Both the position numbers and the translations under genes were made by a program. Under the pieces are notes generated by a model. The model ran no database searches. It saw only the letters and a list, made by a program, of their open reading frames with translations, and was not told the DNA's origin. DNA of 62,595 nucleotides from Gammaproteobacteria bacterium (GTDB lineage: Bacteria > Pseudomonadota > Gammaproteobacteria > Enterobacterales > Alteromonadaceae), in contig NVTW01000009.1 in assembly GCA_002401725.1 (NCBI GenBank), forward strand, positions 32,258 through 94,852. The letters are read 5' to 3'. Shown here piece by piece: positions 17,983-26,232 of the stretch (the stretch's first letter is position 1; the number at the start of each line of letters is the position of its first letter).

Positions 17983-19170
17983 ATGAATATAACCAAAACT
18001 GATGTATTAATTATTGGCGCCGGTGCCGCAGGGTTAATGTGTGCAGCAACCGCTGGTTATCGTGGTCGTTCGGTAACTGTGGTTGATATGGGTAAAAAAC
18101 CGGCACGCAAAATATTGATCAGCGGTGGTGGACGTTGCAATTTTACCAATACCAATGCCAATCCCGATAATTATATTTGCCAAAATCCCCATTTCGTAAA
18201 ATCAGCACTTAGCCGATATGGGGCTGACGACTTTATTGAATTGGTTGAACGTCACGGCTTACAATTTCATCATAAAACTTTAGGACAATTATTTTGTGAT
18301 AACAAAGCACAAGATCTAATCAATATTTTACTCACTGAATGTGAATGGGCTGGTGTAAGCATACAATTACGTACTGAAGTTCTGTCTATTGTAAAGAATG
18401 AATGGGGTTATTTAGTTTCTACCAATCAAGCTAACTATCAATGCAATTCATTAGTGGTCGCTTCTGGTGGTTTAACTATGCCTAAGTTGGGTATAAGTCC
18501 AATTGGTTATAATATTGCTAAACAGTTTGGTTTGAATGTATTACCTACTTCAGCCGCATTAGTGCCACTAACTTTACATGATCATGACAAACAACGCTTT
18601 AATGGTTTATCCGGCATCAGTATTTATTGCCAAGTTAGCAATGAAAACGGCGCAAATTTTAGCGAAAACATTCTTTTTACCCACAGAGGTTTATCTGGTC
18701 CTGCTATTTTGCAAATATCTTCTTATTGGCGAGCAGGTCAATCTATAACCATTAATTTATTACCTGAATTATCACTCAGCGATACTATTAACCAATGGCA
18801 AAGTGAACAAGCGCAAAAATCAATTAAAAACTGGCTAACGAGTATTTTGCCAAAGCGTTTCATTGAAGCAATCGCAGCACAAAATATTCCTGATAAATCA
18901 GTGAATCAATTAAACCATGCTGAAATCGAACAACTGCATCAATACTTTCATCATTGGCAAATAAAACCTAACGGTACTGAAGGCTATCGCACCGCAGAAG
19001 TTACACTTGGCGGCGTTGATAGCAACGAAATTTCATCAAAAACATTTGAAAGTAAAAAACAGAAAGGTTTGTTTTTTATCGGTGAAGTACTTGACGTAAC
19101 TGGCTGGTTAGGCGGTTATAATTTTCAATTCTGTTGGGCTGCAGGTAATGCTTGCGGTCAAGCTGTTTAA
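17983..19170 (+). CDS. NAD(P)/FAD-dependent oxidoreductase, HI0933/YhiN family
   Basis: DVLIIGAGAAGLMCA dinucleotide fold. ISGGGRCNFTN and FFIGEVLDVTGWLGGYNFQ motifs are typical of YhiN. Confidence 0.85.
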   Translation: MNITKTDVLIIGAGAAGLMCAATAGYRGRSVTVVDMGKKPARKILISGGGRCNFTNTNANPDNYICQNPHFVKSALSRYGADDFIELVERHGLQFHHKTLGQLFCDNKAQDLINILLTECEWAGVSIQLRTEVLSIVKNEWGYLVSTNQANYQCNSLVVASGGLTMPKLGISPIGYNIAKQFGLNVLPTSAALVPLTLHDHDKQRFNGLSGISIYCQVSNENGANFSENILFTHRGLSGPAILQISSYWRAGQSITINLLPELSLSDTINQWQSEQAQKSIKNWLTSILPKRFIEAIAAQNIPDKSVNQLNHAEIEQLHQYFHHWQIKPNGTEGYRTAEVTLGGVDSNEISSKTFESKKQKGLFFIGEVLDVTGWLGGYNFQFCWAAGNACGQAV

Positions 19171-19190
19171 CTATTTTTTATGGAAATATA

Positions 19191-19964
19191 ATGACCAAAT
19201 CATCTACAACCGTACCAATTAGCGTCTTTATAATTACTCTTAACGAAGAAGTAAATTTAAACCGTGCATTACAAAGCTTAACAAATATTGCTGAAATTAT
19301 CGTGGTAGATTCGGGTAGTACAGATAATACTGTAGCAATAGCTGAAAAATATGGTGCAAAAGTATATTCACAGCAATGGCCTGGTTATGCTAAACAAAAG
19401 CAGTATGCGATGTCGCTGTGCAGTAATGAATGGGTACTTAATATCGATGCCGACGAAGTACTTAATCCTGATATTATCACCCGCTTTGCCGCAATAATTG
19501 CTCAAGACAAAACTGACTCAGTTCGTTTTTGGCGTAATGATATTTTTATTGGTAAAAAACTCTCCCCTCTCACTAAACGCGCTAACAATTTACGTTTATA
19601 TAAAAAATCAAAAGCCCACTTCGATGCTCACAACCTAGTACATGAAAGTGCATTTGTAGATGGTAAAGAAATATTCATTAATAATGAATTTGATCATTAT
19701 GGTTATAATCAAATTTCTACCTTAGCCAGTAAAAACAATCATTATTCTGATCTTAAAGCTCAGGAAAAATATCAACAAGGTAAACGTTACTCAGTCATTA
19801 AACTGTTTTCTATATTTCCCTTAATATTTATTAAAGAGTATTTTATACAGCGTCATATTTTTTCTGGTATACGAGGGTTTATTAAATCCATAATGATCGC
19901 CTATTATGCTTTTTCTAAAGAAGCAAAATTGTTCGAAGCTGAGCAATTGAATAAATTAAAATAA
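19191..19964 (+). CDS. family 2 glycosyltransferase
   Basis: ISVFIITLNEE…IIVVDSGSTDNT…NIDADE are GT2 motifs. ATG 19191 is preferred over the start at 19152. Confidence 0.8.
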   Translation: MTKSSTTVPISVFIITLNEEVNLNRALQSLTNIAEIIVVDSGSTDNTVAIAEKYGAKVYSQQWPGYAKQKQYAMSLCSNEWVLNIDADEVLNPDIITRFAAIIAQDKTDSVRFWRNDIFIGKKLSPLTKRANNLRLYKKSKAHFDAHNLVHESAFVDGKEIFINNEFDHYGYNQISTLASKNNHYSDLKAQEKYQQGKRYSVIKLFSIFPLIFIKEYFIQRHIFSGIRGFIKSIMIAYYAFSKEAKLFEAEQLNKLK

Positions 19965-20096
19965 TGCTTAATTGATATCAAGTAACGTGAGGAAAACCTT
20001 ATTAAAAACCAATCCCTAAAAAATATTTCTGCATGTACTAATACAGTATTTATTGGTCTAATTAATCCTAAAAGCCCAAGTAATGTTGGTTCTGTT

Positions 20097-20573
20097 ATGC
20101 GTGCTGCTGGCTGCTATCAAGCAGATTCAGTGTTTTATACTGGTAAACGTTATGCTCGCGCCGCAAAATTTAGTACCGATACCAAAGACATATTGACTAA
20201 AATACCTTTAGTTCATAGTGAAAACCTATTCAACATTAAAACAGCTAACATGAGAATAGTTTGTGTCGATTTAGTTGAAGGAGCTACACCCTTACCTGAA
20301 TATAAACACCCAAAGCATGCTCTATACATTTTTGGACCAGAAGATGGCAGCATAGATCAATCAATAATAGATCAAGCTGATGATATTGTTTACGTACCTA
20401 CCATAGGTTGTATGAACTTAGCAGCAAGTGCAAATGTGGTGCTGTATGATCGGTTAGCTAAAATGCCAACTTTAGAAGTAAGCGGTGATGAGTTAATTAA
20501 AAAAAGTAGAGATACAAATAATAAAACTAAGGTAAAGGTTTTTATTGGGATAATAAAGAAGCCGGAACAGTAA
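20097..20573 (+). CDS. SpoU/TrmH-family RNA methyltransferase (the conserved N-terminal motif lies upstream of the first ATG)
   Basis: YIFGPEDGSI and PTIGCMNLAASANVVLYD are SpoU motifs 2 and 3. The in-frame upstream stretch (20019-20096) encodes VFIGLINPKSPSNVGSV, which is motif 1, but has no canonical start. Confidence 0.75.
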   Translation: MRAAGCYQADSVFYTGKRYARAAKFSTDTKDILTKIPLVHSENLFNIKTANMRIVCVDLVEGATPLPEYKHPKHALYIFGPEDGSIDQSIIDQADDIVYVPTIGCMNLAASANVVLYDRLAKMPTLEVSGDELIKKSRDTNNKTKVKVFIGIIKKPEQ

Positions 20574-20588
20574 GGAGACCATTCCGGT
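20562..20588. terminator. weak hairpin between the convergent methyltransferase gene and tRNA-Tyr
   Basis: CCGGAA…TTCCGG 6-bp stem with a 15-nt loop. The tail on the minus strand is T-rich. Confidence 0.35.
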
Positions 20589-20595
20589 TAAATAA

Positions 20596-20680
20596 TGGTG
20601 GAGGGAGGTGGATTCGAACCACCGAAGGCGGAGCCGTCAGATTTACAGTCTGATCCCTTTGTCCACTCGGGAACCCCTCC
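20596..20680 (-). tRNA. tRNA-Tyr (GUA), type II with long variable arm, CCA encoded
   Basis: The reverse complement GGAGGGGTTCCCGAGTGGACAAAGGGATCAGACTGTAAATCTGACGGCTCCGCCTTCGGTGGTTCGAATCCACCTCCCTCCACCA folds as a cloverleaf. The anticodon loop is CTGTAAA. It is very similar to E. coli tRNA-Tyr. Confidence 0.95.
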
Positions 20681-20695
20681 AGGAAATGTCGAAAA

Positions 20696-20715
20696 GCCCG
20701 ATTAAAAAATCGGGC
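20696..20715. terminator. hairpin terminator abutting the predicted prophage left end
   Basis: GCCCGAT-taaaaa-ATCGGGC flanked by an A-run and a T-rich tract. It can function on either strand. Confidence 0.55.
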
Positions 20716-20768
20716 TTCTCTTTGATATAACCTACAATAATATTAATACTTATCCACGATAATTGATG

Positions 20769-20810
20769 GGATGAAGTGGTATGAGTTTAGATGAAGTGGG
20801 ATAGTTTAGG
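20769..20810. repeat. two tandem ~20-nt direct repeats inside the prophage left end
   Basis: GGATGAAGTGGTATGAGTTTAG followed by AGATGAAGTGGGATAGTTTAGG. Confidence 0.6.
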
Positions 20811-20930
20811 AAACATTGTTTCTTATATGGAAAGATGCGACGGTTTTTTTAAAATATTATTCTCTTTGTGAATTATTCCGCATTTCTTCCTAAAAAACAG
20901 AATAATTATCCTTAATAACAGTGTAGCTTG

Positions 20931-21149
20931 CTAAATTAAATTCTGTATTACTATTAGTTTGTCGTATGTATCATTACAAAGATCATCATCATCAAGTATT
21001 CCTTGTAAAATTTCATGTGCTTTTTGGTTGTTTTCTAGTTGAGCTGTAAAGCAAACGGCAGTTACTTTTCCGCCATTAATTTCAGTACTAGCGCCAACGC
21101 TAGGCGCTTTATCTCCGTGATCGACTTCGTAAGTGTATATGTTACTCAT
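20931..21149 (-). CDS. hypothetical phage protein
   Basis: 72-aa ORF, last gene of the leftward arm. Confidence 0.4.
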   Translation of the reverse strand: MSNIYTYEVDHGDKAPSVGASTEINGGKVTAVCFTAQLENNQKAHEILQGILDDDDLCNDTYDKLIVIQNLI

Positions 21150-21281
21150 AATTATTTTATCCTGTAATTTTGCAGCTCAACACAAGCTAACAAGGGTTTT
21201 CAATTCGGACACAAACAGTTAGCTGTTCGTGTATCACATTTTAGCTAACTGTTCTTAGCCGCTTAAAACGAGGTTAGTACG

Positions 21282-21518
21282 CTAATCATCAACATACTTG
21301 TTTATGGTTTTTTCTAAGCATTGATTGAATGAAAACTGCATATCTTCAAATTTAAGTTTTACCTCATTAAATTCAGATGGTAATTCTGTTAAAATCTCAC
21401 TTAATACGTCTATCATTTTATCTGCTGTCGATGACGCAACTATCTCGATAACAGCCTCTAAATGTTCTTGTTGTAATTTTTTCATTGTTCTTTTTCTCCT
21501 TTGTAAGCGTAATAACAA
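21282..21518 (-). CDS. hypothetical phage protein
   Basis: 78-aa ORF, co-directional and tightly spaced with its neighbours. Confidence 0.45.
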   Translation of the reverse strand: MLLRLQRRKRTMKKLQQEHLEAVIEIVASSTADKMIDVLSEILTELPSEFNEVKLKFEDMQFSFNQCLEKTINKYVDD

Positions 21519-21522
21519 CCAA

Positions 21523-21720
21523 TTAAGCTAGTGTTGCGCCGCAATCAGGGCAGTCACATGTTTTCTTATTGCCACCATCCCAGCAATGTTTTATTTTTAA
21601 TGTTTCATTAGTGTCAACAAAAACATGCGTGGCTTTTTTGCCTGTGAGTTTTTCAAATTCCTTTTCCATATTTTTTAATATAGTTTGATCATGTTCTGAT
21701 AATTTCATATTTTTACTCAA
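21523..21720 (-). CDS. small Cys-rich (zinc-ribbon-like) phage protein
   Basis: 65 aa with HCW…CDCPDCG near the C-terminus. A 4-nt overlap with the upstream gene indicates translational coupling. Confidence 0.5.
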   Translation of the reverse strand: MSKNMKLSEHDQTILKNMEKEFEKLTGKKATHVFVDTNETLKIKHCWDGGNKKTCDCPDCGATLA

Positions 21721-22420
21721 TATTTCATTGAACAGCGCGATGCTGCTTCTAACTTTTTAAGCTCTTGCCCGTTCATACCATGATGTAAATTTGCTTTACT
21801 TCCGGCTTTAGCGCCTTTGGTTAACGCATCATCATCGTTAGATTTTATTTTGTGATCACGGGCTTTCATTTTTGATAAGTTATTATGTCGATTATTTTTA
21901 AATCGTGTGATCAATTCTTTATGTCCTTTCGATTGTTCATAGGTACTAATATTAATCCAAACAGCTTGTACCCAAGCTTCAGCAAACAAATCTGCTTTGC
22001 GGGTTTTATTTGCTCTTTTATAGCGCTTTAGTGTTTTAATATAATTACTACGATCCCACGTTAGCTGGCGATGTAATACTTCATAGGCATATATAGCTAT
22101 TTCGGGTTGTGGCACAATGCCAATGAATTCAATATCAGTTTTAATACCAAAGAAATTTTGTACATGGTAAATAGCTTCAACACCAAAAGCATCGCTAACT
22201 AAACCAACCAACATTTGATGATACTTAGGTGGCTTTTTAGTACTGCCTGCTCGAATACAAGCGTAATCAACATCAGACAAATCTACTTGGTCTTGATTAA
22301 CATTATATTTTTCATTAATGCTTGAGCTTGGCGCATAGCTGCAGCTGCTTCATTAGCATTGCCTGATTTTGCTAACGCTAAACATTTTTTGATTTTTTCA
22401 ATATACTTTTCATTACTCAT
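21717..22420 (-). pseudogene. DUF2786-type phage protein split by a frameshift in an A5 run
   Basis: ATG 22420 gives MSNEKYIEKIKKCLALAKSGNANEAAAAMRQAQALMK, then a stop at 22283-22285. Inserting one A in the run (T5 on the plus strand, 22308-22312) reads …ALMKKYNVNQDQVDLSDVDYACIRAG… into ORF 21717-22280. Confidence 0.6.
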
Positions 22421-22435
22421 ATTTTTATCCTGGTT

Positions 22436-22477
22436 AAAAAAAAGCGCCTACTACCAAGTTCAAATAACTTGAGGCGC
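22436..22477 (-). terminator. strong rho-independent terminator downstream of mor
   Basis: Minus strand reads GCGCCTCAAGTT-atttg-AACTTGGTAGTAGGCGC followed by T8. Confidence 0.7.
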
Positions 22478-22636
22478 GTCAAGGGCGTACATGTTTACGA
22501 ATAAATCGCCACTTTTTCACCTACGGCGTGGTCACCATATTGGAAAGCTGTGTCTATCAGCTACGGCTAAGCGTTTATTCACTCGATCACGCTTGCGCTA
22601 ATGATGGAGCCTGCCGAACGCTCACGGATTGAATAA

Positions 22637-23014
22637 CTAATTTACATCAGGGTCAAAACCAAGCATGTCAATTTGTGGTAATGAATTTTCATTACGCTTT
22701 GCTTCATATTGAGACTTAACCACTCTATATATATGTTGCACAGAAACATTATGTTGTTTGGCTAACTCATTTACGTTGGTACCATTAAATTGTTGAAATA
22801 TACGGCTATGCATTATTATCGACATAAATGATCGGCCCTTCGGAAAATAAAACTGTAAGCCTGAATAGCGATCAATCATTTCTTCGCACACAGCAATCGC
22901 CAACTCTTCAGCTTGTTCATCGGTTACCGATTTATCTTTACTGATAATATCTATAACGACAGACATTAAAGTAAATAACATTTCTCCGCTGCGTTCTTGG
23001 CTAGAATCACTCAT
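22637..23014 (-). CDS. mor: Mor-family transcriptional activator
   Basis: GLQFYFPKG…IFQQFNGTNVNELAKQHNVSVQHIYRVVK is the Mor/C-family C-terminal HTH pattern. Confidence 0.82.
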   Translation of the reverse strand: MSDSSQERSGEMLFTLMSVVIDIISKDKSVTDEQAEELAIAVCEEMIDRYSGLQFYFPKGRSFMSIIMHSRIFQQFNGTNVNELAKQHNVSVQHIYRVVKSQYEAKRNENSLPQIDMLGFDPDVN

Positions 23015-23016
23015 AA

Positions 23017-23478
23017 TTAGCTCACTTGCGCCTGTTTAATTAATCTTTGCTGCCATTGTTTAAGTTGCTCTATCAATGCGTGTTGCTGCTTACGGGGTAG
23101 CCACTCTAAGCGAGTAATAGCCACGCCATTATTTAAGCGTTTTGATTGATTAGCTGCCCATTTTTCTAGTGCAGCAAAGCTTCCATCATGCAAAAATCCT
23201 TGGGCATTCATTTCAACCCATAATTGCCGCAACTTATCGAGCATATCGGCTTTTTTATTATTATCGCGCTTAACAAAAGGCTTTTTAGAAACCGGCTTAA
23301 ATCCTGATTTCTTATAATGTTTATACAAGGCATTCAGCTCAGCAACCGTCATATATTTGCAACTGCTTTTACCGGTTACCTCAAATTTAATTTGCTTACT
23401 CAACTCAGTATCATGGCCAAGTTGAGTTGCTGCAATATGCACCAATTGTATTAAGCGTTTTTTATCCATCATTAACAC
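23017..23478 (-). CDS. Mu gp16/GemA-like protein (DUF1018)
   Basis: LIQLVHIAATQLGHD…TGKSSCKYMTVAELNALYKHYKKSGF fits DUF1018. The start is ambiguous (GTG 23478, ATG 23472 or ATG 23469). Confidence 0.75.
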   Translation of the reverse strand: MLMMDKKRLIQLVHIAATQLGHDTELSKQIKFEVTGKSSCKYMTVAELNALYKHYKKSGFKPVSKKPFVKRDNNKKADMLDKLRQLWVEMNAQGFLHDGSFAALEKWAANQSKRLNNGVAITRLEWLPRKQQHALIEQLKQWQQRLIKQAQVS

Positions 23479-23972
23479 GCTGATAAATGTTGATGGATTT
23501 CGCGTAAATGCTCGCCAACAGTACCGCCACTGGCGTTAGCCAAACGCGTTAAAATAGTCAATTTATGCGGTATTTGCTGTAACGAATTACCCGGCGTTAA
23601 TCGTTGGCAAATATTGTCCAACTCGGATGTGATCGACTCGAGTTCAGTCGTTGAATGCTCGATAATTTGCGATTGTTTAATTTTTGTTTGAGCTGTCTTG
23701 CTTTTTTCGCTTTCTTCTTCGACATAAGTTAAATTATCCGTGTAATCAAAAGTGCCCGCTAATGAGGCATTTAAAGCGTCACGACCTTTTTCGGCTATTG
23801 AGTATTTATTATTGGCCAAATGAACAAAGCCTAAATCTAAAAGCTCTCTCAGTGTATTACTTAACACTGTTTGGTCAGAAAACAATTTGCAGCCCGTAAA
23901 TAAATCGGCACGTTTAAGCGCTACGGTTACATTTGCTAAAACATTTAATACTTCTTGTTGTTGATCTTGCAT
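23472..23972 (-). CDS. hypothetical phage early protein (possible winged helix)
   Basis: 166-aa ORF within the early operon. Confidence 0.5.
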   Translation of the reverse strand: MQDQQQEVLNVLANVTVALKRADLFTGCKLFSDQTVLSNTLRELLDLGFVHLANNKYSIAEKGRDALNASLAGTFDYTDNLTYVEEESEKSKTAQTKIKQSQIIEHSTTELESITSELDNICQRLTPGNSLQQIPHKLTILTRLANASGGTVGEHLREIHQHLSAC

Positions 23973-24031
23973 TGATATTTACCTTTAAAAATGGCGGTAT
24001 TAATTTAATACCGCATAAAAATTAAAATTAA

Positions 24032-24307
24032 TTAACCATTTACGGCTGTTTTTAAGGCTTTACCCGCTTTAAATCTAGGTACCGTTGCTGCAGCAATTTG
24101 AAGTTCTTCACCCGTTTGCGGATTTCTACCTACCCGTGCCGCACGCTCACTGGTGGTAAAAGTACCAAAGCCGACTAAAGCAACATCTTCACCTTGTTTT
24201 AAGGTGTCAGTTACCGTTTGTGTAAACGCATTGAGCGCTTTTTCAGCTTGCGATTTAGAAATATCAGCCTGCAGTGCTATGGCATTAATGAGTTGTGATT
24301 TGTTCAT
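24032..24307 (-). CDS. HU-family DNA-binding protein (phage-encoded)
   Basis: [11 protein letters not shown]…GFGTF…[29 protein letters not shown] is canonical HU/IHF. Confidence 0.92.
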   Translation of the reverse strand: MNKSQLINAIALQADISKSQAEKALNAFTQTVTDTLKQGEDVALVGFGTFTTSERAARVGRNPQTGEELQIAAATVPRFKAGKALKTAVNG

Positions 24308-24512
24308 GTGTTTGTACCTTTAGTTTTGTGGTTAATTTATCCCAATGCTTTTGCACGGAATTACTACTTATCACCTTTATTTTAGTGAATTTTACCGCTG
24401 TGTTAGGGTGCTTTTCACAAGCATAATCAAACACCCTTTGTGCTCTTTTTTCATTCTCACCAGAATAAAAACACGCTGTGCCAACTACTACTTCAAAAGT
24501 CACCCTAGACAT
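24285..24512 (-). CDS. hypothetical phage early protein
   Basis: 75-aa ORF that overlaps the HU start by 23 nt. Confidence 0.4.
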   Translation of the reverse strand: MSRVTFEVVVGTACFYSGENEKRAQRVFDYACEKHPNTAVKFTKIKVISSNSVQKHWDKLTTKLKVQTHEQITTH

Positions 24513-24524
24513 AGCAAATACCTT

Positions 24525-25049
24525 TTATTTAATTGTTTGTGCGCGTTCTAATTCAGAACTAAACGGCTTAATAACAAATTCTTCTTTTTGACTAATGCTT
24601 ATACCCGGAATATTAAGAGCAACGTCTTTTTCATTAAGCAAAGCCGGTTTATCAATTTCTTGCTTATCACGAAGAAACCGATTTAATCCTAATGACTTAA
24701 TCATTTTGATCACAGCGTCAACGCCTTTTACAGAAACTTTAGGCGGGGTAACTCGCCAACTAATTTCGCCCGTACTTAATTTTGCTGTTTTTGCATCACC
24801 TTTCAGCATATTTAAACGATTAACAGAACAATAAGCTTGCACACCATTAAATAACTCATTTATCTTGTCATTTAATGGCTTAGCTTGAGTTTCAAACTCT
24901 TTTTTAATAACGGTAAGTTTGTCATTCATTGTCCCTTCTAAAACATCAACTTGGCGATCTAACTCCCCTATTTGTTGAATAAATTCTTCTACCTCTAATA
25001 AGCTTAATGCTGCCGGTAAATCAGTTGCTTTAATACGTTTTGTAGCCAT
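24525..25049 (-). CDS. gam: Gam-like host-nuclease inhibitor
   Basis: Coiled N-terminus followed by KTAKLSTGEISWRVTPPKVSV…NRFLRDKQEIDKPALL, the Mu Gam family pattern. Confidence 0.82.
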   Translation of the reverse strand: MATKRIKATDLPAALSLLEVEEFIQQIGELDRQVDVLEGTMNDKLTVIKKEFETQAKPLNDKINELFNGVQAYCSVNRLNMLKGDAKTAKLSTGEISWRVTPPKVSVKGVDAVIKMIKSLGLNRFLRDKQEIDKPALLNEKDVALNIPGISISQKEEFVIKPFSSELERAQTIK

Positions 25050-25069
25050 GTTTTATCTCCTGTTAGTTT

Positions 25070-26215
25070 TTAAACTTTATGAACTAATTTTTCAGTAATT
25101 TTTGTTTCGCCTATGTGTGCTGCCGCATTCATGACCCGGGCAAGCCAAGAATTTATTGACAGCGGATAACTTAAATCGGTAGGCATATCGGGTTGATGGC
25201 TGTTTAAACCCATTTGCGTTCTACCCGCGCATTTACCGCGAATAGCATGAATGGCATCTACAGTAAAAATAGTGCTGGCATCAATACCAACCGACTTGAA
25301 TTTATGCGCCACATAATCGGGTAAATCTCTACCCAATGGTTGCACTGTTAATTGATTACAGCGCCAGGCAAATTCACGCACATAACTACCTTGCAATATT
25401 TTTTTAAGTTCGGTTTGACCAATTAATACCACCCCCATCACCCGAGAAAACCCAGCGGTTAATTCCCAAATGCGTTTGATCAACTTAATAACCGAAGTGG
25501 GTAAATCGTGTGCTTCGTCAATAATTAAAATATGTTGTTTGCCAATACCCGCCGACTCAACCAAGGCATCTTCAATCATGGCATCACGCTGCTCACTACT
25601 CATGCCACCATTTTTAAGCTCTAATGCTCTACAAATAGCTTGGCTAATACCTTCGGCGGTTATTTTTTTGCGATCTAAACGGCGTGGCTCAATAATAATG
25701 AGATCAGGGTTTTTAGTGCGCATTTGCTCTATAAACAAACGGCGCAATATGGTTTTGCCGCTACCACATTCCCCTATTAACGCGATCATTGAACCCGCAT
25801 GTGCAGCCGTGTTCATTTCTTCTAACAACATACGATTATGACGAGTTAAAAAAACGTCGTGCACCGTTTGTATTTCATTTTGAAACGGATCACGTTTTAA
25901 GTTAAAAAACTCACGAGTAGCCATAGTTAACATTTCAATCTCCAATTCTTCAGTTTCATTCGTTGACTCATTATTTTTTTTGACGGCTAATTGCTGTTTA
26001 AATAATCCTCGCAACAACTCACTACTAGCCCCTTGTTTTTGTAAATAGCTTTTGATCTGCGTTTTAGTTTTGGTTACATCACAGTTTTTTGGCCATTGGT
26101 TATAATTAATTATCCGGCTAATGCTAGATGCGCTTAACGAACCCGTTAATTTTTTTGCTAGTGTTACTTGCTTAATACTTAACTGGTTTAATACAAACCC
26201 CAAATGAAGTGCCAT
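25070..26215 (-). CDS. MuB-like AAA+ transposition ATPase
   Basis: N-terminal HTH, Walker A GECGSGKT, Walker B ILIIDEAH. It sits directly downstream of the transposase. Confidence 0.85.
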   Translation of the reverse strand: MALHLGFVLNQLSIKQVTLAKKLTGSLSASSISRIINYNQWPKNCDVTKTKTQIKSYLQKQGASSELLRGLFKQQLAVKKNNESTNETEELEIEMLTMATREFFNLKRDPFQNEIQTVHDVFLTRHNRMLLEEMNTAAHAGSMIALIGECGSGKTILRRLFIEQMRTKNPDLIIIEPRRLDRKKITAEGISQAICRALELKNGGMSSEQRDAMIEDALVESAGIGKQHILIIDEAHDLPTSVIKLIKRIWELTAGFSRVMGVVLIGQTELKKILQGSYVREFAWRCNQLTVQPLGRDLPDYVAHKFKSVGIDASTIFTVDAIHAIRGKCAGRTQMGLNSHQPDMPTDLSYPLSINSWLARVMNAAAHIGETKITEKLVHKV

Positions 26216-26232
26216 TAAGTTTTTATCCTCCG

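Noticed and set aside
20818-20834. 17-nt direct repeat (also at 62524-62540) as attL/attR cores of an integrase-mediated insertion at tRNA-Tyr
   Set aside because: There is no integrase gene in the element. The element has MuA/MuB transposition genes, and the repeat is part of a palindrome in each end. It is better interpreted as a protein-binding site than as an att core.
22491-22604. 37-aa basic plus-strand ORF (MFTNKSPLFHLRRGHHIGKL…) in the mor-downstream spacer as a small toxin gene
   Set aside because: It has no SD and no hydrophobic segment, and it lies opposite to all neighbouring transcription. There is insufficient support, so the region is reported only as an ORF-free candidate RNA.
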